Source: Planctomycetota bacterium
Lineage (GTDB): Bacteria; Planctomycetota; UBA11346
DNA length: 64,000 nucleotides
Assembly: GCA_031426335.1 (NCBI GenBank)
Contig: JANPLC010000241.1
Span: 1,828-65,827 of the forward strand
Direction: 5' to 3'
Part shown: positions 17,401 through 26,400 of the stretch, piece after piece
Position numbering within the stretch: the stretch's first letter is position 1
Layout of the letters: every line of letters begins with the position of its first letter
The notes under the pieces: generated by a model
The model's database searches: none
The model's input: only the letters and a program-made list of their open reading frames with translations
What the model was told of the DNA's origin: nothing
Made by a program: the position numbers and the translations under genes

Positions 17401-20400
17401 TCACTAATGGACACTCGATAAACTGCCCCGACATCCTGGAAGACATTAGAACCAACCGCTGTCTCGGTTAGCGTGACGGTTGCTGGATTCTGACCAATGT
17501 ACTGGTTAGGGATCACTAGCGTGATGGCATCCGTTTGCGTAGCCCGAAGATCGCCATTGAGTTGAATTGCGACCGTCTCTCGGATAACCGGGTTAGGATA
17601 CGTACCATTCATAGTCGCCGAGAAATTGGCACTTCCCTGAATGCCGCTTTCATTCGCATCAGTCACGACATTCATCAAGTGCTCGCCTTCCCAGGCAGGG
17701 ATCGTCACGGAACCGGAGAATGCAAAGCTCTTAGAATACGGCTTCCAGTCTGTTGGACTGCCGCTGACTGTGGATAATGCAATATCCCCCACCCACTTAT
17801 TGTGGTGATAAACATGGACCGACTTCATCGCTGGGGCTTCGAGCAAATTCGCAACCGCATCGGTAACGGTGCCAGATAGTGATACCGTGGCGTTTACACC
17901 GCTGACAGTGACGCTCGGCGATACCGAGATATTAGGCACTGACATAGTTTTGGTAATCTGAGGCGGGTTTTGATCTAACTCTGTCTCATAATTGATTTTC
18001 ACAATCGCCAGCGCCTCCTTCATCCGATGCGCGCCGTTGGCTCCGGCGAATTGTCTGCTTAATTCATCTGGATAGGCGTGCACGGCTCCAACTTTTACAT
18101 CAACGCTGTAAAGTCCCGCCGCGACGTCGGCGCCAATAAATACAGTGAATTCCAATACTTGGTAAGTTCTCATATTTGAATTTTGATCCTGCTCATCTCG
18201 GAGTCGCTGGCTCACAATGGTGACCTTATCGGAACCCGGCTTGACTCCAGGTGCCACAGAAATTGCTTGCGTAACATCCTTCTCTGAGCTTCCATTAATC
18301 TTGATGAACCGAATGTAATCTGCTGACATTCGATTAAAGTCATCAAATCCAAATTCTTTTGAGAGAAAATTCCCCCTAATGGTGAAGGCGGCCGTCATTC
18401 CTGATGCCGCTATATTTGGCGAAAGATTTATAAAGTTGAATACTGGCATGGATTGCCCTACCGAGAATCCAAGAAATGTATCCGTATCCGTCCCATACTG
18501 ATAGGGGCCAAGGCCAACAGTTGCGTAGTCGTTGCCTACTCGCCAGATCTCATAATCGTTGATGTACGATCCAATCGGAGCCAGATCGACTGATGCCGAT
18601 AACGCATCTCCATTACGGGTGACGGGGTGATTTGCGTTTCTTCCGCGATCGACGCGAAGCACTGGGAGCGCGCTCGGATCTCGCACCTGTGAAAGAGACG
18701 GGAAATTAAACTGAATTTCCTGTCGCTTCATGCCTTTTTTAAATGCCGGCTCGTAATTTAATACTGCGGGGCGATAATATCTGTCTGTTCCTGACCCCGG
18801 AGAATAGGGATAATTTTGAATGACCCCGCCATACAACATCGATGCGACATCGATCCCATTTCCCGCAAATGTGACTTGGGTTTTGAACGCCTTTGCGACG
18901 CCCAATAATGGATCGAAGGTCGCAGGATTGACCGTAATTGACGTAACTTGATGGCTATCATTATAGCCATAGTCATACCGTTGTCTTATGTCAAAAAATC
19001 CACCTGGCTCTGACAGGGAGAAAGTTTGAATGACTGACGTTCCTGTCAGCGAATTATACCCGGCCTGTTTAAATGTTGTCGTTCCATGTGCTCCCGAAGC
19101 GGGGTCCGTAAAGGTCGGCAGTCGGCTAAAATTTCCATAGCCAACATAATCTTGGGGCTGAAGGCCACGGAATTCATACTTTTTCTTGACGATATTTCCA
19201 ATCCAGTCCCTAAAGTAATAGGTATCTGTTTTGGCAATCTGATCTTTCTCCGCACCTGTGATATTAACAGGATTGTTCAACGTGAAGGACTGGCCCATTT
19301 GACCACTCGTAGGTTTACTCGGGACGCCTTGCCATGCCTCTTCTGGGTACCAGCCCATAGATAGATCGCTGGGCCAAGAGAGCCAATAGACGGGCGAGGT
19401 GTAACTATAGACGGACTCTGTTGCTGCTTCGACCGATGGATCCACCAACATCGCATCGACATAAAATAAATCCTTTACCTTCTCTGGTGGTACGGGATAA
19501 GGCTGATATGTATCCTCGAGGTAATTACCACATCTATCACTTATATTAACTGCATAGAAGGAGGTGTAACTCCTTGTGTTTAGCGAAAATGGCGTGTGAA
19601 ATCCGTTCAGCTTCCACCCAATAAATTCTCCTCCTTCGTCTACAATATTACTTTTTAGCAGAGGCGCATTATTCTTGTCAAAGACTTTGAACGACGATGA
19701 ATTTTTCAGTCCAGTTACTTCATCTGGCGCCTTGATGGTGACTGAAAAGTCCTGGGCATTGAAGCAAAGTCTTTGCCTATACTTGCGGAGATTCCCGTTC
19801 CCGGTGAACCCGAGTTCTGGGTTGGAATTGAGGAAGATGAATTTTTCTCGCTGATATGCGGATGTTTTTAAAGGTCCGTTCGAAATAACCAATGGCTCAG
19901 TGGGGCTGTCCCACAATGATTTGTCGGCGAGTATTTCGAGCTTAGGCGGCGAGCGATCTACCACGAGTCTTTCTGATAAACGGATAGTTTGCATTGCATT
20001 TTCTTGCGCTCTGGAGGCGTTGGCATATGCGACAAACTCAAAAATCCCTTCGCTAGCGAACTTGAATGACGCCGTTCCGCTAGATCCCGGTATTCTATAT
20101 TCCTGGCCATCCGATGAGCTTACGATTATTTCGGATACGACTCCTCCTCCATAAGATTGAGCTGAAGCGGTGATGAGCACCGGGGTCGAAGGATTTCCGC
20201 CTGTGTTCGTAAAGGAGAAGTTTTCGCCTTTGATTTCACCGTGCTTGTCACCAGTCAAAGAACTGTCTAAGTAGGCAATTGATAGAACTGGCGGCGCCAG
20301 AGGCGTGCCATCTGGGCTCCCCTGTTCTGTCGTTTCCGATCCGGTCGGCCAACGAAGAACAGCGATTTTCTTTGGCCCTAACACTCCGCGGGCATCCTGA

Positions 20401-23400
20401 TATTGCAGAATAATGGAGGCGGTGGTCGTACCGGCTGCTGCCAATGAAGCCCTAATGGCAAACCCGCCGTTGGTTAACGTAGACACCAGAATCAACCCAG
20501 GAGTTGTGGTAGTCGCGAGAACAGCTGTGATATCATGACCATAGGGTACGATCCCTGAAGCCTCTACGACTAACCCTTTTCCATACTGATAGGTAACTGC
20601 GGCAGCGGGCAATTCGTCGCTGTATAGTGTGATTGCGGCGACGGCGCCATCGCTGCCTAGATTAAAATTGCTGCTAGTGCCAAGAGTGACGTCAATCGAT
20701 TCGGCGGTCTCAATTTCACCATCATCGCGCGGCGTGATCGTGATTAGCGAACTGGTTTGGTTAGCCAGGATGGTGACCAATCCGGTAAGGCTGAGGTAGT
20801 CGATGCCGGGTGTGGCCGAACCTCCGACGGTATACGGCACGGTTAGTGTCGTAGTCGAGGGGGCCGACCGCGTCACGGTGAACGTGGCAGTGGTCAGTCC
20901 GGCCTCTGTTGCGACGTTGTCGGTGGCAGAGATACGCACCGTTGGCCGTTCATCGTCACCGATCGTTACGGTTGCACTGCTGTCGATTCCAGGTGTGAAT
21001 GCGCCGGTGACGAGCGTGACGATCACGGTCTTGTCGCCGTTGGCCGTGGCATTATTTACCGGGGTGATGACAAGGTCGGCCGTAACCTCGTTGGCCGCGA
21101 AGGTGATGGCACTGACGTTGGGGTTGAGGGTGTAGTCGGTGCCTAGCGTGGTGCTGGCGGTACCAGTGCGCAGGAAGGGGACGCTCAGCGTCGTGGTGGT
21201 ATCGCCCGTGCGCGTGAATCGAACCGTCCCGGTGACGGGCGTCGCGCCTTCGGCCGCATTCGGCTGGAGCGCCACCACGGTCACCGTGGGGAGGTCATTG
21301 TCAGCGATAGTCACCGTGGCGTTGGTGGTGGCACCAAGGCTGTAGCCGGCTCCTGCCACCAGGGTAACCTTCACGGTTTCGTTGACCTCGGGTAGATCGT
21401 CGTCCGTCGGCGAGATGTAGAGGTCTTTGGTGGTCACGTTGGGGCCCAGCACGATCGGCCCGGTCAGCGTGCTGTAATCGCTACCCGCGGTTGCCGTACT
21501 GCCCGTCGTGGAGATGCCGATCGAGATCGTGGTCGTGGGGTCGCCGGTACGCTGCAGGGTCAGCACACCCAGCGCGCCGCCTTCGACTGCTTGGGCAGCG
21601 GTGGCGGCGATGCTGACAACTGGCGGCTCATTGTCGCTGATGCTAATCTGGGCTTGGGCTTGACCCACCCGGTAGGTCGCCTGCGGCACCAGGGTGAGAA
21701 TCACGGTTTCCGCGACTTCCGCGCCGGAGTCGTTGACCGGCGTAATGTTGATGGGGGCCGATTCCTGTCCGGCGAGAATCGTTACCGTGATGGTGCCAGT
21801 ACCGGTGATGCTGGTTGGCGTGGCCGTGTAATCCGTCAGCGCGGTGGCCGTGCCGGCGCGGGTCAGTGTAACCGTCAACGGATTGGCCGTCGAGCCGCTG
21901 CGCGTCAGCATAAACGTACCCGTATCCGGGCCGGTTTCGCTGACCGCAGCATCGGACACTGCCAAGTCGACGATCGGGAAGTCGTCGTCATGCAGGATAA
22001 TCGCAACGCTGCTGGTGATGATGCCATAGGAGCTGGGTCCAATGGTGGCGGTGATGGTTTCGTCACCTTCCACCGTCGTGTCGTCACGGTTGGTGGTGAT
22101 CGACACGGGTGGCGCTGAGGCATTGCCGGTAGGAATAGTCAATGTGCCCGAGGGAACCGAACTGCTGTAATCCACGTCTAATGTGGCCCCCGACAGGGCG
22201 AACGCGACATTCAGCGCGGGCCCGCTAAAATCACCCGTCCTGGTAACGGTCAGCGTTACTTGCTCATTTGCATTTTCCGTGACCTCGGTGCGGGAAGCCG
22301 TGATCGTCAACGTCGCATCTTCGATCGACGTGCTGGCCGACCAGGAACCGCTGATCGCAAACGGCACCGTGGTGGACGCCTGCAGCAGGAGGATTGCGGT
22401 CTCCGTGCCTTCCACCAACGCGTCCGCCTTCGCCGCTACCGAGATGTCGACGAACGTTGCGTTGGCCGGGATGGTCGCCGTGGTAATCACTGCGGGGGTA
22501 GCGGTGAAATCTGTATTTAGCACCGCATTGCCGCTCCATTGAACTGGAATGGCGAGCGCGCTCGTCGACGTATTGTTTCGGGAAATGCGGATTTTGCCCT
22601 GATTGGCGGTGTTGGGCTCCTTCACCTCGGCGTCGGTGGCTGCGATGGTAAGGGTGCAATCCTTGATGGTGGCGGTCGCGCTGGGCGTGGCACCAATGTT
22701 GTAGGTTGGCACGCCGATCAGGGTCAGCACCACCGTTTCGTCCGCTTCGGTGATCTGGTCACCCAGTGCGGTGAGCGTCACCGTGGTGGAGGTGGCATTC
22801 GCAGCGATGGTCGCGGTGCCGGACAGGGCGGTGTAGTCGAGGCCAGGGGTCGCGGTGCCGCTGACCTGGTACGTGACCGTCAGGGCTGCGGTGGTCGCGG
22901 CTGGGCGGGTAATGGTGAAGGTGGCGTTGTCACCACCGGGTTCGACCGCCGTCGCGTCCGTGGCGCTGATCGTCAGGGTTAGAACTTCGTCATCCGTAAT
23001 GGTGACCGTGGCACTGGCGGCGGCTCCAATGGTGTAGGTCGCCGTTGGTGTGGTCGGGATGATGGTGGCGATGACCGTTTCCGGGCCTTCAACGAGTGCG
23101 TCCTGCACCGGGGTGATGGTCAGGGTAGCCGTCGCCACGCCGGCATTGAAGGTGACCGTGGTTCCGGTGGGGTTTCGCGTGTAGTCACCGCCGGCCGTGG
23201 CGGTGCCGGTGATCGCGACGGAGACGGTCAAGGCATTGGTGGTGCTGACACGCGTCAGCGTGAATACGCCATTGGTGGGTGTGGCCGCTTCGGTCGCGTT
23301 GGGCGTGGTGGCGGCAATGGTGACCACATCATCATCACGAATGGTCAGAGTGGCGACGCTGGGGGTGCCGACGGTGTATCCGGTACCGGCAATCACGGTC

Positions 23401-26400
23401 ACTACGATGGTCTCATCCACTTCGTGGAGGGAATCCTGCTTGGCCACGACCGCCCGCGTCACGGATGCGACGCCAATCGGGAAGGTGATCTTGGTGCCCG
23501 TGTCGGTCGGGTCGGCGTAGTCGGTGTCCACGGTCGCCGTCGAGCCGGTCAGGCTGAGATTCGCCGTCAGGGCTGCTGCCAGCGAGCCGGTCCGGGTGAA
23601 GGTGACGGCGCCATAGTGCGTGCCGTCTTCGGTGACCACTGGGTCGGTGGCCGCCACCTGCACGGTGATGGCGTCGTTGTCAGTGATGGTGACGGTGTGG
23701 ACTTTGATGGTGTCCAGGGCGCCGTTCACCGGTGCACTCAACGTGATGATGGCGGTCTCATTGGCTTCCACCGTGGCGTCATCGCGCACCTGCAGGGACA
23801 GGATCTTGCTGGTCTCGCCTGGGGCGAAGATCAGGGTGCCGTTTGGCAGGTAATAGTCGTCACCATTGCCGGTGGCGGTGCCGGTCAGGGCGTAATTGAC
23901 CGTCGTGGTCAGCGAGTAGGGGAACGACAACACGACCGGGATATCGATCTGGGTTCCGGATTCGCCGACTGATGAGGACGCGGCCTGGAAGGCGATCAGC
24001 GGGGCATCGTTGTCCTTGATGGATACGGTGGCTGCTGCTGGGGTTCCCACCACATAGCCAGTGCCGGAGGCCACCGTCAGCGTGACGGTCTCGTCCGGTT
24101 CGGAGAGCGTATTGTCGACGGCAGTCAACGTCACCGTGGTGCTCATCTGGCCTGCAGCCAGATTCACGGTCGCCGGCAGTGCCGTGAAGTCGGAGCCCAC
24201 CGTTGCCGTGCTGGTGGTCGTCAGGTTGATCGTCAGCGCCGGGGACGTGACACCGGCCGTGCGGATGATGGTGAACAGACCGGTGTCGGGACTGCCTGGC
24301 TCTGACGCGATCGCATCTGTGGCGGCGATCGAGATGCCTTGTTCGTCATCCAGGATGGTGACGGTCGCGGCGTTGGGGCTTCCGACCGTGTAGCCGCTGC
24401 CCGTGGCGATGGTCAGAGTCACCGTCTTGCTGGCTTCCAGCAACGTGTCGTTGATCGGGGTTACGGGGACCGTGGTCGTGGACTGACCGGTAGCGAAGGT
24501 CGCCGTGGCCGGCAGAGCCGTGTAGTCGGCTCCCGCACCCGCTGATCCTCCCGGCGTGACCGTGACCATCAGCGCGACGCCGTTGAAGCCGCTGCGCGTC
24601 AGGGTGAAAGTGCCGGTATTCGACGGCTCAGCTGCATTCGCATCCGTCGCCGCAATGGTGATCGTCGGGAGGTCGTTGTCGGCGATGGTCACGGTCGCGC
24701 TGGCGGTACCGATGAAATAAGCCGCATTGGCCGTGATGGTCGCAATCACCGTTTCGGAACCTTCGTAGGCAGTGTCATTGACCGGCGTGGCCGTGACCGT
24801 CGCCGAGGCGGCGCCGGCCGAGATGGTCACGGAGGTCGTGATGGCGCCATAGTCGCTCACCACCGCCGTACCGCCAAGAGTGAAGACGACTGTCAGCGGG
24901 TTGGTGGTGATGCCCGTGCGCGTGAACGTAAAGGTGCCGTTGTCGGGGCCGGTCTCCGACGCCGCCGCGTCGGTCGCGGCGACCGACACCGTCTGTTCGT
25001 CGTCGACGATCGTCACCGTCCCGGCGATGGTGCCGCCGAGGTAGTAGCCGGTGCCAGTGGTCAGCGTCACGATCACCGTCTCGTTCGGTTCGTTCAGCGC
25101 GTCGTTGACCGGTGTCAGCGTGATGGTCTTGCTCGCAGCACCCGCAGGGATCACCACCGTGGTCCCCAGTGACGTGAAGTCGCTCGCCGACGCCGTCCCG
25201 CTCACCGCCAAGTTGACGGTCAGGGCCGCCGTGGTCACACCCGTGCGCGTCACCGTCCAAGTGCCGGTATCTGGGGTGGCCGATTCCGCTGCGTTGGCAT
25301 CCGTCGCGGCGATCGTCACCGTCTGTTCATCGTCGACGATGGTGACGGTGGCAGCCGACGGTGAACCCGCCGTGTAACCGGCAGCCGTTACCACCGTGAC
25401 GATCACTGTCTCGTTGGGTTCGTTGAGCGCATCGTTGGTCGGCGTCAGGGTCAGCGTCTTGTTCACCGAACCCGCCGGGATCACCACGCTGGTCCCCAGC
25501 GACGTGAAGTCGCCCGCCGACGCTGTCCCACTCACCGCGAAGGTCACCGTCAGAGCGGCGGTCGTCGCGCCCGTGCGCGTGAAGGTGAACGTGCCAGTAT
25601 CCGGGGTGGCCGATTCCGTCGCGTTGGCATCCGTCGCCGCGATCGTCACCACCGCATCGTTGTCGGCGATGGTCACCGTCGCCGCCGACGGCGATCCGAT
25701 GGTATAGCTGCCCGTCGTCAGGGTCATGATCACCGTCTCCGACGGCTCACCCAGCGTGTCGTCCACCGGCGTCACCGTACGCGTCGCCGTCGCCGAACCG
25801 GCAGCGATCACCACCGGCACGGTCACTGACGCGTAGTCACCCGACACGGCAGTGCCGCCCAGCGTGACGTTCACCGTCAGCGCCGCAGCGGTGGTCCCCG
25901 TGCGGGTGATGGTGAACGTGCCGGTGTCCGGCCCCGTCTCCGACGCCGCAGCGTCGGTGGCGGCAATCGATACTCCCTGCTCGTCATCGATGATGGTCGC
26001 CGTGGCGTTGGCGGGGCTGCCCACGGTGTAGCCGGTGCCGGTGGCCAGGGTGACGATCACCGTTTTGTTCGGCTCGGTCAGCGTATCCTGCAGCGTAGTC
26101 ACGGTCAGCGTCTTGGTTGTCGCTCCCGCAGGGATCACCACGCTGGTACCCAGCGCAGTATAGTCGCTGCCCGTCGCGCTGCCCGTGACGGTGAAGTTCA
26201 CCGTTACCGCCGAGCTGGCGATGCCCGAACGCGTCAGTGTGAAGGTCGCGGTGTCGCCCCCCTCGGTCGCGGTTGCGTCTGTCGCCGCGATGTTGATCGA
26301 CGGTGGGCCGACCACGCTGACCACCGCCGTGCCGGTCTTGCCGCCGCCTTGGACCGTCACGTTGTGCGGACCGCCCGCCGTCGCCGATGCTGTGAACAGG

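Noticed and set aside
20640-26300. Regular ~340-bp DNA periodicity: a CRISPR array or a non-coding satellite?
   Set aside because: The period is far too long for CRISPR. There are no short conserved repeats with unique spacers. The whole tract is one open reading frame encoding Calx-beta units.
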